From: an uncultured bacterium
GTDB taxonomy: Bacteria > Arandabacterota > Arandabacteria > Arandabacterales > Arandabacteraceae
Assembly: GCA_964598025.1 (NCBI GenBank)
Contig: CAZRAU010000009.1
Location: 2,485-50,668, forward strand
Length of the DNA: 48,184 bases
Direction: 5' to 3'
The translations under genes and the position numbers were made by a program. Below, in pieces: positions 27,121 to 38,072 of the stretch (the first letter of the stretch is position 1; every line of letters starts with the position of its first letter). Below the pieces are notes generated by a model that saw only the letters and a list, made by a program, of their open reading frames with translations, did no database searches and had not been told where the DNA came from.

Positions 27121-27402
27121 TCACCTCAGATCGGTCTGTATGTCTATTACACTGATCCTGGCTTCCGACTCGATCAGATCAAGCACCTTCGCAATCACCT
27201 GGTCGGCGAATTGCCCATCCCTGGACACAACGGCCACGGCAATGGTCGATCGCTGCCAGAGATCAAGATGATCGACCTCGGCGACCGACACGTTGAACTT
27301 GTGCCGTATCCTATCCTTGAGGCTCTTAAGAATCAGTCTCTTGGACTTGAGGGAACCGCTGCCGGGGATATGAAAATCGACCGTACAAGTGCCGACAACC
27401 AA
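27121..27402 (-). CDS. DUF503 (YlxP-like) protein
   Basis: SLKSKR, KFNVSVAEVD..DLWQR; located between infB and rbfA. Confidence 0.9.
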   Translation of the reverse strand: MVVGTCTVDFHIPGSGSLKSKRLILKSLKDRIRHKFNVSVAEVDHLDLWQRSTIAVAVVSRDGQFADQVIAKVLDLIESEARISVIDIQTDLR

Positions 27403-27411
27403 ACAGTTACC

Positions 27412-29547
27412 CTACGACCGTTTCACTTCTTCCAGGACAAAGACCTCCAGGATGTCGCCCTCCCGGAATTCGGTGAAGCCCTCGACGCCGATGCCGCATT
27501 CATATCCCTGCGACACTTCTCTAGCATCGTCCTTAAACCTCTTCAAAGACGAAACCTTCCCCTCATGCAGCACATCACCATCCCTGACGACACGCGCCGA
27601 GGCGTTCCTGATCACCGTCCCTTCGGTTACAAAGGAGCCGGCGATTGTACCTACCTTGCTGACGCTGAAGACCTGCCTGACTTCGGCCTTGCCGACAACA
27701 CGCTCTTCAATCACGGGACCGAGGAGTCCTTGCATGGCAGCACTGATATCCTTGCTGACCTCGTATATCACGTCGTAGGTCCGGACATCCACGTCCTCTC
27801 GCTTCGCCACGTCTCTCGCTTTCGGCAAAACACCCACGTGGAAACCGATCACTATAGCATTGGAGGCAGCAGCCAGCAGAACGTCCGATTCATTAACCGA
27901 ACCCACACCACTATGGATTATCTTGAGTGAAACCTCTTCGGTACCCAATCCCCCAAGGACATCGCTCAAAGCCTCCACCGATCCGTCCACGTCGCCCTTG
28001 GCAATGACGTTGAGTTCCTTGACCTCGCCCGACTGTATCCTGTCGTAGAGGTCCTGCAAGCTGATATGGCCGACCCGTCTCAGTCCTCGTTCGCGCTGGA
28101 GCATCTGTCTCTTGAGGGAGACCTCCCTTGCCTCTCTCTCGTCACCGGCAACCATGAAAGAATCACCGGCCTGGGGAATCCCCTGACATCCCAATATCTC
28201 CACCGGTGAGGAGGGATAAGCGACATCCACGTTTTGGCGCCGCTCGTTGAACATCGCCCTTACCCTGCCGTTCCAGATACCTGCGACAAAAGGATCGCCT
28301 ATCGACAGCTCGCCCTTCTGCGTAAGCACGGTCACCACAATGCCTCGTCCCTGCTCGACCCTGGATTCGATCACCACACCCACACCTTTGCCCTTCCTGG
28401 GCGCCTCCAGACTGAGCTCTTCAGCCTGAAGGAGGACTATCTCGAGGAGGTGTTCGACCCCATCGCCGGTCTTGGCGGACACCGGGACCATAAGAACGTC
28501 CCCGCCCCAATCGTCCGGAGTCAGTCCGTGCTGGGCAAGGTCCTGCTTGATCCTATCCACGTTGGAATTGGGAAGATCTATCTTGTTTATCGCGACGATG
28601 ATCGGGACGTCGGCCGCCTTGGCATGGTCGATCGCCTCCATCGTCTGAGGCATGACCCTCTCGTCGGCGGCAACCACCAGTATCACGATATCGGTGGCCT
28701 GGGCCCCCCTCGCTCTCATCGCGGTGAAGGCCTCATGGCCCGGCGTGTCGAGAAAAGTCACCCTGCCACCCGGCGCCCCGACTTCATAAGCCCCGATGTG
28801 CTGAGTGATCCCGCCGGATTCGCCCGCAACGATATTGCTCCGTCTGAAGAAGTCCAGCAGCGAAGTCTTCCCATGGTCCACATGGCCCATGATTGTGACC
28901 ACCGGGTGCCTCGGTTCGGGTTTGGCTTCCTCTTCTTCAGCCAGTTCGGATCCGTATTCCTTTACGAACTCAACAGTGAAGCCGAACTCGTCTGCTATGG
29001 CCTCAATCGTATCGGCATCGAGTCTCTGGTTGACCGTGGCCATGACACCCATCTTCATACAGCACGAGATCACGTCGGAAGGTCTGATGTCCATGGATGC
29101 TGCAAGCTCGCCAACCGATACAAACTCGGTTACCTTGATCCGTTTGGCTTCTTCTTCGCTGACCTCTTCCTCGAGCCTCGTTCTTCTCTTCCGCCTTCGC
29201 GGCCTTTTCGTACCTTCAATGTCCGCAAGGGTCTTCCTGACCGTTTCCTTTACCGACTTCTCGTCTGCCCTTCTCTTCATACCCGGTTTCCGGGGAAGTT
29301 GGGCGACCTTCTGTTCGGGCTTGGCCTTGACTCTGCTTTCCTCAACAATCCTCTTCTTGCGCGCTACTTCTTCCTTGACGGCCTCCTTCTCGTCCTTGAG
29401 CTTCTGGCCGAGGGCCTCCACGGTCTTATCGTCTATGGCGCTCATGTGGCTCTTAACGGTGAGCCCCATACCTCTGAGCATCTCAAGAAGAGCTTCACTG
29501 GAGAGATTCAGCTCGCGCGCTACCTGATAAACTCTCTTTCTAGCCAA
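27412..29547 (-). CDS. infB: translation initiation factor IF-2
   Basis: [38 protein letters not shown]; TTG start after GGAGGT. Confidence 0.98.
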   Translation of the reverse strand: MARKRVYQVARELNLSSEALLEMLRGMGLTVKSHMSAIDDKTVEALGQKLKDEKEAVKEEVARKKRIVEESRVKAKPEQKVAQLPRKPGMKRRADEKSVKETVRKTLADIEGTKRPRRRKRRTRLEEEVSEEEAKRIKVTEFVSVGELAASMDIRPSDVISCCMKMGVMATVNQRLDADTIEAIADEFGFTVEFVKEYGSELAEEEEAKPEPRHPVVTIMGHVDHGKTSLLDFFRRSNIVAGESGGITQHIGAYEVGAPGGRVTFLDTPGHEAFTAMRARGAQATDIVILVVAADERVMPQTMEAIDHAKAADVPIIVAINKIDLPNSNVDRIKQDLAQHGLTPDDWGGDVLMVPVSAKTGDGVEHLLEIVLLQAEELSLEAPRKGKGVGVVIESRVEQGRGIVVTVLTQKGELSIGDPFVAGIWNGRVRAMFNERRQNVDVAYPSSPVEILGCQGIPQAGDSFMVAGDEREAREVSLKRQMLQRERGLRRVGHISLQDLYDRIQSGEVKELNVIAKGDVDGSVEALSDVLGGLGTEEVSLKIIHSGVGSVNESDVLLAAASNAIVIGFHVGVLPKARDVAKREDVDVRTYDVIYEVSKDISAAMQGLLGPVIEERVVGKAEVRQVFSVSKVGTIAGSFVTEGTVIRNASARVVRDGDVLHEGKVSSLKRFKDDAREVSQGYECGIGVEGFTEFREGDILEVFVLEEVKRS

Positions 29548-29863
29548 AGGAACTACCTCCGCGACACTCATCACATATAACACTCCCGAGGCATGATCCG
29601 TCAAGACAGTTTTCCTTGGTCGTCACGGTTTCAAGGCCCTGCAAAACACCGGCATAGGCCGATGGCCCCAGTCGCTTCCTTATGTCCGTCCTCATTAGGA
29701 CCTTCTCCATACATGCGGCATCCCGGCAAAGATACATCCCTCGCCCCTCCCCGCGAAGACCGCAAGAATCAATCCCATCGGCCGTGAACCTCATCATCTC
29801 AATCTGAGGTCGCTTCCTCCGGCAGCCCACGCATGTCCTTATCGGGATGTGTCCCGTCTTCAC
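29540..29863 (-). CDS. ylxR: YlxR (DUF448) family protein
   Basis: HIPIRTCVGCR, GRGMYLC; located between nusA and infB. Confidence 0.85.
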   Translation of the reverse strand: MKTGHIPIRTCVGCRRKRPQIEMMRFTADGIDSCGLRGEGRGMYLCRDAACMEKVLMRTDIRKRLGPSAYAGVLQGLETVTTKENCLDGSCLGSVICDECRGGSSFG

Positions 29864-31308
29864 CCATCCATCCCTTCTTCCGGCTCCTCAGGCTCCCCTA
29901 CTTCCTCGGCCTCTGCGATCTCTTCCGGCTCCTCAGGTTCATCCGCTGATACATCTTCGGATGCCCCTTTGAGATCCTCCTCCACAATCTCACCCTCCTC
30001 GACCTCCTCCTCATACTCCTCTTCAGCGGCCATGCGATCAGCTTCGAATTGTTTCCTCAACTCACTGATTTTCGCCTTGGCTGCTTGTATGATCTTGACA
30101 GCGGTCTTCTCGCCTATACCCTCTATCTCAACAAGATTCAGAATGCTCGCCCTGCTGAGCTGATCCGCCGTATCGTAGCCGGCCTTCGCAAGGTTGCCTA
30201 GCAACTTCCCGCCGATGCCCGGGATCTCCGACACGGGGAACCTCGCCAACTTCTGGAATTCGAGCCTCTCGGAATACTGCGATTCATTGATAAGATCGAT
30301 CTTGAGACTCGTGAGCTTGGCGGCCAACCTGGCGTTCTGCCCCCCCTTCCCGATGGCAAGTGAGAGCTGGTCGTCCGCAACGACCACGGTGACCTTTCCG
30401 TCAGGCTCGTCGATCTCCACGTGGACCACCTTTGCAGGGCTCAATGCACGCGTGACAAAGGCTACCGGGTCATCACCCCAAAGGACAACATCGATACGTT
30501 CTCCGTTGAGCTCCCTGACCACCGTCTGCACACGCGATCCCTTCATTCCCACACACGCACCGACCGCGTCTATCTTGTCATCATGGGAATGCACGGCGAT
30601 CTTGGACCTTCCACCGGGCTCACGGGCCACCGCCTTTATCTCCACGGCTCCGTCCTTGATTTCCGGCACTTCCATGGCGAAGAGCCTCCTGAGGAAATCC
30701 GGGTGACTCCTGGAAAGAATGACCTGCGGCCCTTTCGAGCTCTTGCTGACGTCTATAATCAAGGCCCTGATGGAACTGATCTGCCTGAACTGCTCCCTGG
30801 GAATCTGTTCACGCTGGGGCAGAAGCGCTTCCGTTCTCCCCAGGCTCACTATGAGGTTACCACGCTCTATCTGCTGAACGTTGCCGTTCACTACCTCCCC
30901 GATCCTGTCCTGGTATTCCCGGAACACCTTGTCTCTTTCGGCTTCCCTGACTCGTTGGATCACCACTTGCTTCGCCGTCTGAATGGCGTTTCTGCCGAAC
31001 TGCGCCAGCGGGATCTCCATCTTAAGCTCCTGACCCGCCTCCGCGGACGGATCGATCTCCCGGGCGTCCTCCAGAGTCATCTGGGTCTGTGGATCCTCAA
31101 CCTCCCCGACCACCTCTTTGCAGCAATATACGTTAAGCTTGTTTTCTTCCTGGTTTATGTCCACCTCTATCTTGCTTTCCGCACCGAACTTTTTCCTGGC
31201 GGCACTAATCAGCGCGGCTTCAAGGGTTTCAATAATGAGACTCTCGTCGACCTCTTTGGAACGCGCAATAGTCTTGAGAGCCTGAATGATTTCAAAACTC
31301 AAGTCCAT
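29860..31308 (-). CDS. nusA: transcription termination/antitermination factor NusA
   Basis: FGRNAIQTAKQ, AREPGGRSKIAV, GACVGMKGSRV, AIGKGGQNARLA, HhH repeats and acidic tail. Confidence 0.98.
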   Translation of the reverse strand: MDLSFEIIQALKTIARSKEVDESLIIETLEAALISAARKKFGAESKIEVDINQEENKLNVYCCKEVVGEVEDPQTQMTLEDAREIDPSAEAGQELKMEIPLAQFGRNAIQTAKQVVIQRVREAERDKVFREYQDRIGEVVNGNVQQIERGNLIVSLGRTEALLPQREQIPREQFRQISSIRALIIDVSKSSKGPQVILSRSHPDFLRRLFAMEVPEIKDGAVEIKAVAREPGGRSKIAVHSHDDKIDAVGACVGMKGSRVQTVVRELNGERIDVVLWGDDPVAFVTRALSPAKVVHVEIDEPDGKVTVVVADDQLSLAIGKGGQNARLAAKLTSLKIDLINESQYSERLEFQKLARFPVSEIPGIGGKLLGNLAKAGYDTADQLSRASILNLVEIEGIGEKTAVKIIQAAKAKISELRKQFEADRMAAEEEYEEEVEEGEIVEEDLKGASEDVSADEPEEPEEIAEAEEVGEPEEPEEGMDG

Positions 31309-31323
31309 GTCTCAAACCCTCTT

Positions 31324-31782
31324 TCAGAGACAGAGCCTAGCGCCGGAAATGTCCTCCAGTCGGACCGTTACAAGAGTGCCTTCCGCCTGTCTGACGGCGA
31401 CAGCATCCCCGGAAAAATCCTCTATCAAACCCTCAATATTCACCTCTTCACCTTCCGGGTGCCTTGTCCTTACCCTGACTTTGCTCCCCACGAAGATACG
31501 GAAGTCATCTCGGGTCCTGAGCTTCCTCTCCGCCCCGGCCGACGACACCTCCAAGTAGTACCTCCCCGGAAACAGACCTTCGTCATCCAGGAGCGGTCCT
31601 ACGGCCTTACTGACCTTCGCACAACCGTCCAGGGTGACCCCGCCCCTGCGGTGAATAAAAAGCCGCAAGGTTCTTCTACCATGCGAAACAGCCAATCCGA
31701 TCTCTACGAGCTCATAGCCAAGGTTCGCCAATACCGGCAAAACGGCACTCCTGGCCCGTTCCAATAACTGCTGTCTTCGCAA
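31324..31782 (-). CDS. rimP: ribosome maturation factor RimP
   Basis: LRLFIH..GGVTLDGC, YYLEVSSAG; heads the nusA operon. Confidence 0.93.
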   Translation of the reverse strand: MRRQQLLERARSAVLPVLANLGYELVEIGLAVSHGRRTLRLFIHRRGGVTLDGCAKVSKAVGPLLDDEGLFPGRYYLEVSSAGAERKLRTRDDFRIFVGSKVRVRTRHPEGEEVNIEGLIEDFSGDAVAVRQAEGTLVTVRLEDISGARLCL

Positions 31783-31821
31783 GGATATCAGCCCCTAAAG
31801 CAAAACCAATAGATAGTGCAA

Positions 31822-31840
31822 GAGTGGGCCATGCCCACTC
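31822..31840 (-). promoter_or_regulatory. rimP leader hairpin
   Basis: GAGTGGGC-N3-GCCCACTC, the widely conserved hairpin upstream of rimP. Confidence 0.7.
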
Positions 31841-31897
31841 CGCACCCAAACTACAACAGATAGCAGTCAAAAGCAAGCGAAAACTCGACACGCGTCG

Positions 31898-34800
31898 CTA
31901 GAACCTTATCAGCACCGAGGCACTTAGACCGATTGTACGCCATGTTTGCCCCAGCTTGCGGTCCGAGCTCTGCTCGAACTTCGCGTTTGCCGAACCGGTT
32001 ATGTTCTTGCTGAAGCTGTAGCTGGCCCTGGGGGATATGCCGAGCTTGCGTTGATCGGTGTCGATCCTGTTGTTGGCCGTGGGGGTCCTGTCCAGTCTCA
32101 TCTCATAACTGATATCGAGGTTGAGGGTGAGATTGCTTTCGAACTTGAGGGTACGCCCGGCCAGGGGTATATACATACCCTGCGGAGCGCTGAAGGAGTG
32201 GCTCAGGGAAAGGCTGACGGAGGTCGTCCTGGAGTTCTTCAAGGTCCCGGTACCGGTAAATGTCTCGGTTTCGCTGCGCGAGTGCCTGAGATTGAAGGTG
32301 GTCCTCAGGCCGTTGATCCAGGTAGCATCCCACCCGACCAGCGGCAGCCATTCGGATTGGTTGGTCCGGGTGTTGACTTCAGATCCCGTGCCCTTCTCCG
32401 TTTGAGACCCCTTGTAGCCGAATGCCAAAGAGGTGCTCCTCAAAGTGCCTTCAAGAAAACCCAGATTGCCCAACCCGGAGATATTGCCCGTCACATCCGG
32501 CCAGGTCGTACTGGAATTGAAACTGGTTGCTCCGGCGTACTCGCGTTCCGACTTGTCCGTCTTGAATCTGGCCTCCAGATTCAGGTGTTTCACGGGTTCG
32601 AAGTCGGAGGACATTATGAAGCCGCGGCTGTGAGTGTGCTCATCGGTCTTCTGGGCCGCTCCCGAGGAGCCTCGGTAGATAATGTCTTCATTGACCTTTG
32701 TGTCCAATCCGAGTTGGAATGCGAAGTCGGGCCGGTCCAGTATCTTCTGATATTTGGCGGCCCGGTCGATCACGTAACTCATGGTCACATCGGGGAACTT
32801 GGAGAGGATCAGACTATATATGGGCACCCCGCTACTATCGCTGGGGGCCGGCAGGGTGACCGCACCCGAGGGGGCCAGTACCACATCCACGAGTGACTTC
32901 GCCGACACCGAAGCCCTGCGGATGCTGCGGGGTTCACCTGCGCTTCGGACCGAAGGGTCGGAGTTCTCATCGTAGTCGACGTCATAGCTGAGTGTGGGTT
33001 TCATCCACCTCCCGAAGGAAGGCGTGATTTGGACGCCGGCACTCTGCGAACGCTTGAGCTCCGTTCCCCGCCCGATACTCTCGATGATGGTAGCCCGCTT
33101 GTTGGTATCCATGTCCCGTGCCATGGTGAGCCTGTAGTCGGTTTTGAGCATAGGTCCCAACAGCGGAGTATAGGTCACACTGAAATTGCCCTTGATATCC
33201 CTGCTGTATCGGTCCTGCTTGACCACTCCGAGCCGTCTGTCGATCGTCTTGACGTTCTTGGTGGACCCATTGATCGCGTAACTCACGTTGTCAGGCATGA
33301 ACGATATCGAGTAGCCCCTGAACACGCGGAGGCTCTTCTTCCACCATGGAGACAGCTTATACGTGATATCACCGGTATAGCCGCTTGACGTGTCCGCCAA
33401 TTCAGGTGATATGCCACGCCTACTGGAGAACGAAGCGCCGCCGGAAACGGCGTCTATTGTCAGGCGCATCAGAATGTTCTTGGACTTGCGGGTTTTCGAA
33501 ATCGACAACCTGTAGGAGTCGTCCACCGACGATCGCTGCTCTTCCATGCGCTGGTCCGGTCTAAGGGCTATGTCCGACTGGCTCTTGAGCGTAGGCAAGG
33601 AGGTGCTCTTGTGATGGCGGTAGGAAAAAGGCAGGGAATAACTCGATATGGGCAGGAGCTTCTCCAGCGCCGTGGATACCGAAACAGAGTAGTTCCTGTC
33701 ATCGGTGCCCGACCTATTGGAGGTCAGAGTCTGGAACTCCGTGTCGGTCTTCTCGTAGTCCATACTGACCGTGGCCACATCGGCGAACGACGCCCCTACA
33801 CTGAGTCTTCCCGCAAACCCCGCCTCCCTTCTGACATCGGTGAGACGCAGATCATCAAACCAGATCTCCGCCCCCATCCCGCTGGTGGCGACCTCACCAC
33901 TGTTCACCACACCTACACCCACTCTGGAGACCCTGGTAATCGAAGGCGATCCATAAGCCGCGATCCAACCATGGCTGGTTTCCGTCCGCCTGAAGAAGAC
34001 CTGTTTCTGCGTATCGTATAGAGTCACCGTATCCGGCTCTTCGGCTTTCAGGTTCGTGATCTCCTCGAGTGGCACCTTGATAGTCCTCCACCCGCTTTCG
34101 ACCCTGACGGCATACTCATAGAAGTTGAGACTGTCCGAGCCGAACCGCACGAACATGTGAAGATTCTCGCTTGCCGCCTGGGCATCCCCGTAAACATAGA
34201 AGGCCAAGCTCTGATAGAGTGTGTAGTTTGATGCCTCACCCGAGAGGATCTTATAAATGGATCCCGAGTGCCCGGGAGCAAGGTTCCTCAGTATCATTAC
34301 AAGCGATTGCTCCCTCTTCTTGTAACCCTGCGGGTCCTTCCCCGGATCGTAAGGCGGAATATAGTCGGGATCGTCCCTCGTATTCTTGGCGGAAATCTCA
34401 AAGGTCTCCTGGGAAGGGACGTCTGCAATGGTCATGTCTTCCTTCATCCGGATACCCTCTTCAAGCCAGCTGGTGCCCGCGATTTGCATGTAGGCGATCT
34501 GGTAAACCGACTGCGTATCGGCTCCGGTGAAGAAGAATCTCATATACCTTATGGAGCGCCAGCTGGGCGAGCCCCCCAGCGTATCGGCATCCACGAGGGG
34601 CACCCTGTACAGGACCCACTCGTCCGACCGGTTGGCTATGTAGGTGGTATCGGAGAGATCGAAAGAAAGTCGGAAGTGTACATTGTCGGTGTCCAGATTG
34701 CCGTCATCATCCAGGTCCTCGGTGTCGGGGAGTGTCCTGGGGTTTCGCTCCGTCCCGTTTATGTGCGTATAGTTGCCCTCGGTATAGCTCCAATTGTCAT

Positions 34801-37800
34801 AAGGGTCATCAGGGTGTTCGGGCGTCGAGTCCTCTGTGAACACACCATCAAGCCCCGTGTTCTCCGACTGGCTGAGCTCGCCGTCCCTGTCGGCATCCTC
34901 CGTATTCAGGAGGGCCCCCTCACCCGGCCTGTAGAAGTTCTCACTCACAGCCCCCAGATCGACATTGAAGACGCCGCCGTCACCTTGTTTCTGCCTGAGC
35001 CAGATCTCGAAGAAGCGAAGTTCAGAGTAGTCCGCCCCTGTCTTCGAAATCAACCTCATCAATCCGGTCCATTCATTCGAGGTGTCAAACCCCTCGCCTT
35101 CATACATGGGTCCCCTCTGCTTGATCTCCATGACGGGGATGTACGACTCACCCGGCCTGGACTCGGCCTTCGGGAAGAGGTCCTCTTCCTTCACTTCCCT
35201 ATCCTTGACATACCAGTTGATCCTCCGGTTATCCTGCCACCTGTAACCGGTCGGGGCGCTCGCGGGAACCCAGGCCTCCCTCATCACAGAGAAGGACCGG
35301 AGATCCTGGACCCCCTCCATGTCATCTATATAGACTTCACCTTTAGTGTTGGGATTGGGAAGGCTGATACCGAGCTCCCCAGCCACAGTGAGCCGCGATT
35401 GACTCTCCGAGTTGACGAAGGGTAGGGCGTTTATCATCGCAGTCATCACGGAGGGATTGAATGCGAGATTGGCGTTCACGTCTCCCATGACGATCTGTGA
35501 AGGCTCCTGTCCGAGGCGCGGGCGCTCTTCAGGCGATTTCTTGCTCTGGAAAAGCCACAGCGAACTTATATGTGATTGCTCGGAGAACTTGTACATACCC
35601 TGGGCGCCCACCAGTGACTGCTGGGCCAGGGAAAGAAAAGGCACATACTGGTAGTCCACCGAGATCTGGGCATCCGGGCGTGCCGCCTCCTCCGTCTTGA
35701 ATCTTATCTGGCCTATGTCATAGTAGATGTCATAATCAACGTTTCTGGTAAGCCGCGTGCCGTCGAGGGTGACGACTTCACTCCCTTCCAGTATATTGAT
35801 ATGATTCAGTTTGAAAGAGGTCTCCGGCGTGGAAAACCGGATCTTGATATAGTACTTGCTGTTCTCGTTTTCCTTGAGATTATTGATGATCTCGTCATAT
35901 ATAGTCGGATTAGTGTCCTCAAGCTGGGCCGGTCTGCCCGTCGGGGGAATCAGAGGATCGAACGGCCTCAGGTCCGGAAATATCAGCAGTCCCAGTTCAC
36001 CATTGATTCTCCCGCCATCCGCATAATCGTCGGTATGCCAATCGGGCGGGGTGGCCGCCAGACCGGTTTCGTCCTGAAGGTCTATCCCGAGGATCTTGGC
36101 ATATGCGAAATCGCCCTGGAGCTCTTCATCCCTGGGTGAACCCCTGCGGAAGATGCGGACCTCAACCTGCTCCTCGGAGATGAACTTTGATACCAGCGAA
36201 TACACATTCTTTCGCATCAGGGCAAGCGTCGGAGCCTTCCACACGTCGGCGTAGTCGATCATGTAATACCTGGGCGGCCGTATCATCTTAAGGTAGAGAT
36301 GGCCTTCCACCACAACGCCTCCCACCTGCTTGTCGTTATACTTGTAAGCGACGGCAAGCGAATGGGCTTCTCCCAGGGGCTTGAGGAGCGCAATCTCACC
36401 GGTCTGTAGATCGACCGCATAGTCCCGGTTGACTTCGAGGACATCGTAGTATCCGACGTGCGCCTCCGTGCCCCAGAGCGAGGTGTCAGGGGGATCGCTG
36501 GGGTCGAGGACGGCGACGGCAGGAAGAGCGCCCGTGTCCAGGTTGTTGTTACCGTTGCCGTCGTCCAGATATACCGTCACCTCGGTGAATTCCTTCCCCG
36601 GGATACGCGTGTAGGGGTCCATCATGAAGAAGTACTTGTTGCGCACGAAGTCCAGGTCATTGATGCTTATCGAATCCTTGCTTCTGGTCCCCACGAAACT
36701 GGCACCCGCTGTACGTCCCTCCTGCTTACTGGCAATCAGGGTCAGATCGAGGGCTCCCAGCTTGGCCTGCATCTTGGCTCCGAAGAGCCCCTGCTGCTGA
36801 CCGCTATAGCTCACGAAGCGGGACCCCGGCAAGGAGAGATTGGTATTGCCCATTTCTATCTTCTGTACGATCTCATCGTCGTCGCCGTCATAGCGGAGCT
36901 TGATCCGGTTTTCCAGGGGCGTTTCGATCTCGCTGTCGTGATGGACCATCACGTTGATCTTCTCTCCCACGGTTCCCGAAAGGTCTATCTTCAAGTGCTG
37001 CTTCATATCCAGCGTGGGGAACTTGGAGCGCGTGCCGAACTCGGTCGCCTGTTCGTTGAGCTGATACCTTGTCTGTCCTCCGAAACTGATCTGTTCGCTG
37101 CCTGAGACATTGAGATTGGCTCCCTGCCCGATTACCCTGCCAATGGTGTCGGGGAACTTGATAGGGATGTCTATGTTGCTGTAATCCTCCAACGTCGCGT
37201 GCTTTGCCTCAAAGGTCCTGCGGTCTCCAGCCTCGTCCCAGCGCTCCGCAAAAGCCTCCGGGAAAGCCACCTCCAATTCCGACGGCTTGGCGAACGCAGG
37301 TATTCTGGGTCTCAACCTGGGGCCGGCGGTCCAGAAGACCGGACCCGGCCTGCTGAACGGCCCGGCATTTCCAAGGCTATCGCCTTCCCACGGTCCTCCC
37401 AGGGGAATTCTGACACCGCCGACTATGATCGTGTCCGGGGGCAGAGGCGTAATCTCCAGGGGAAGTGTGCCCGGTGGTGCCACGAATCCCGTGTCAGCAA
37501 AGCCCGCCTCCCCGCTTGGACCACCCGGAACCTCAGGGCGGGTGCCTCCCGCCGTGGAGTCGGCCGCAACACCTGCGGACACCTCCGAGGCGGCGGTCGA
37601 TCGGGGCGTCCAGCCGGCCCCGGCGTCGAGGGAGTCCTCCGATCCGGGCGTATCCGGCATTTCGGGTATCTCGCTGGGTTCCCGCGGACCGCCTGGAATA
37701 AGTGTGTCACCCGGGCTCTCGGCATAGGGCAGTAACATGTCCGGTGACTCGGCAGCAGGCAGACTGTCCGGGCCCGTGCCCGGCTCAAGGTCCGCATTTT

Positions 37801-37891
37801 CGGACCCGGCCACACTCAATGAGCTCAAGACCATAAAGGCCGCCCCGAGCCAGATTGCCAATCTCATCTTAGTCAATCGAGACCGTCCCAT
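31898..37891 (-). CDS. sprA: SprA/Sov family outer-membrane translocon (type IX secretion system)
   Basis: About 2000 aa; signal peptide, GTVGEKINV, YDGDDDEIVQKIEMGN, GLFGAK, GSEVVTLDG..L..NVDYDIYYDIGQI, YIDDMEG, TEDLD, IWFDDLRL, C-terminal beta strands ending in Phe. Start 37891 or 37867. Confidence 0.9.
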   Translation of the reverse strand: MGRSRLTKMRLAIWLGAAFMVLSSLSVAGSENADLEPGTGPDSLPAAESPDMLLPYAESPGDTLIPGGPREPSEIPEMPDTPGSEDSLDAGAGWTPRSTAASEVSAGVAADSTAGGTRPEVPGGPSGEAGFADTGFVAPPGTLPLEITPLPPDTIIVGGVRIPLGGPWEGDSLGNAGPFSRPGPVFWTAGPRLRPRIPAFAKPSELEVAFPEAFAERWDEAGDRRTFEAKHATLEDYSNIDIPIKFPDTIGRVIGQGANLNVSGSEQISFGGQTRYQLNEQATEFGTRSKFPTLDMKQHLKIDLSGTVGEKINVMVHHDSEIETPLENRIKLRYDGDDDEIVQKIEMGNTNLSLPGSRFVSYSGQQQGLFGAKMQAKLGALDLTLIASKQEGRTAGASFVGTRSKDSISINDLDFVRNKYFFMMDPYTRIPGKEFTEVTVYLDDGNGNNNLDTGALPAVAVLDPSDPPDTSLWGTEAHVGYYDVLEVNRDYAVDLQTGEIALLKPLGEAHSLAVAYKYNDKQVGGVVVEGHLYLKMIRPPRYYMIDYADVWKAPTLALMRKNVYSLVSKFISEEQVEVRIFRRGSPRDEELQGDFAYAKILGIDLQDETGLAATPPDWHTDDYADGGRINGELGLLIFPDLRPFDPLIPPTGRPAQLEDTNPTIYDEIINNLKENENSKYYIKIRFSTPETSFKLNHINILEGSEVVTLDGTRLTRNVDYDIYYDIGQIRFKTEEAARPDAQISVDYQYVPFLSLAQQSLVGAQGMYKFSEQSHISSLWLFQSKKSPEERPRLGQEPSQIVMGDVNANLAFNPSVMTAMINALPFVNSESQSRLTVAGELGISLPNPNTKGEVYIDDMEGVQDLRSFSVMREAWVPASAPTGYRWQDNRRINWYVKDREVKEEDLFPKAESRPGESYIPVMEIKQRGPMYEGEGFDTSNEWTGLMRLISKTGADYSELRFFEIWLRQKQGDGGVFNVDLGAVSENFYRPGEGALLNTEDADRDGELSQSENTGLDGVFTEDSTPEHPDDPYDNWSYTEGNYTHINGTERNPRTLPDTEDLDDDGNLDTDNVHFRLSFDLSDTTYIANRSDEWVLYRVPLVDADTLGGSPSWRSIRYMRFFFTGADTQSVYQIAYMQIAGTSWLEEGIRMKEDMTIADVPSQETFEISAKNTRDDPDYIPPYDPGKDPQGYKKREQSLVMILRNLAPGHSGSIYKILSGEASNYTLYQSLAFYVYGDAQAASENLHMFVRFGSDSLNFYEYAVRVESGWRTIKVPLEEITNLKAEEPDTVTLYDTQKQVFFRRTETSHGWIAAYGSPSITRVSRVGVGVVNSGEVATSGMGAEIWFDDLRLTDVRREAGFAGRLSVGASFADVATVSMDYEKTDTEFQTLTSNRSGTDDRNYSVSVSTALEKLLPISSYSLPFSYRHHKSTSLPTLKSQSDIALRPDQRMEEQRSSVDDSYRLSISKTRKSKNILMRLTIDAVSGGASFSSRRGISPELADTSSGYTGDITYKLSPWWKKSLRVFRGYSISFMPDNVSYAINGSTKNVKTIDRRLGVVKQDRYSRDIKGNFSVTYTPLLGPMLKTDYRLTMARDMDTNKRATIIESIGRGTELKRSQSAGVQITPSFGRWMKPTLSYDVDYDENSDPSVRSAGEPRSIRRASVSAKSLVDVVLAPSGAVTLPAPSDSSGVPIYSLILSKFPDVTMSYVIDRAAKYQKILDRPDFAFQLGLDTKVNEDIIYRGSSGAAQKTDEHTHSRGFIMSSDFEPVKHLNLEARFKTDKSEREYAGATSFNSSTTWPDVTGNISGLGNLGFLEGTLRSTSLAFGYKGSQTEKGTGSEVNTRTNQSEWLPLVGWDATWINGLRTTFNLRHSRSETETFTGTGTLKNSRTTSVSLSLSHSFSAPQGMYIPLAGRTLKFESNLTLNLDISYEMRLDRTPTANNRIDTDQRKLGISPRASYSFSKNITGSANAKFEQSSDRKLGQTWRTIGLSASVLIRF

Positions 37892-38072
37892 GGATGCACT
37901 TACGCCCTCCAACCCTCTGGGCAAAATCCATGCCACCGATCTCACCTGCTTGAGGATTCCCCACAACCGTCTGATTCAGGCGGAAACTATGCACTTGCCC
38001 TCCTGTTACATCTATAGTAACTTGGCACCGAACGGATAATCATTGACCCCTTTTGACTACGAACGTGGACAA

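Noticed and set aside
29860-30030. EEPEE-type repeats at the nusA 3' end as a DNA repeat element
   Set aside because: They are ordinary low-complexity acidic coding sequence.
21439-37735. Long plus-strand ORFs (e.g. 21439-22650, 28234-29580, 30421-31767, 34268-35425)
   Set aside because: They are antisense shadows of pnp, infB, nusA and sprA, expected from GC-rich codon bias.
38021-38040. TTGGCACC as a sigma54 promoter for lptF
   Set aside because: No GC at the -12 position.
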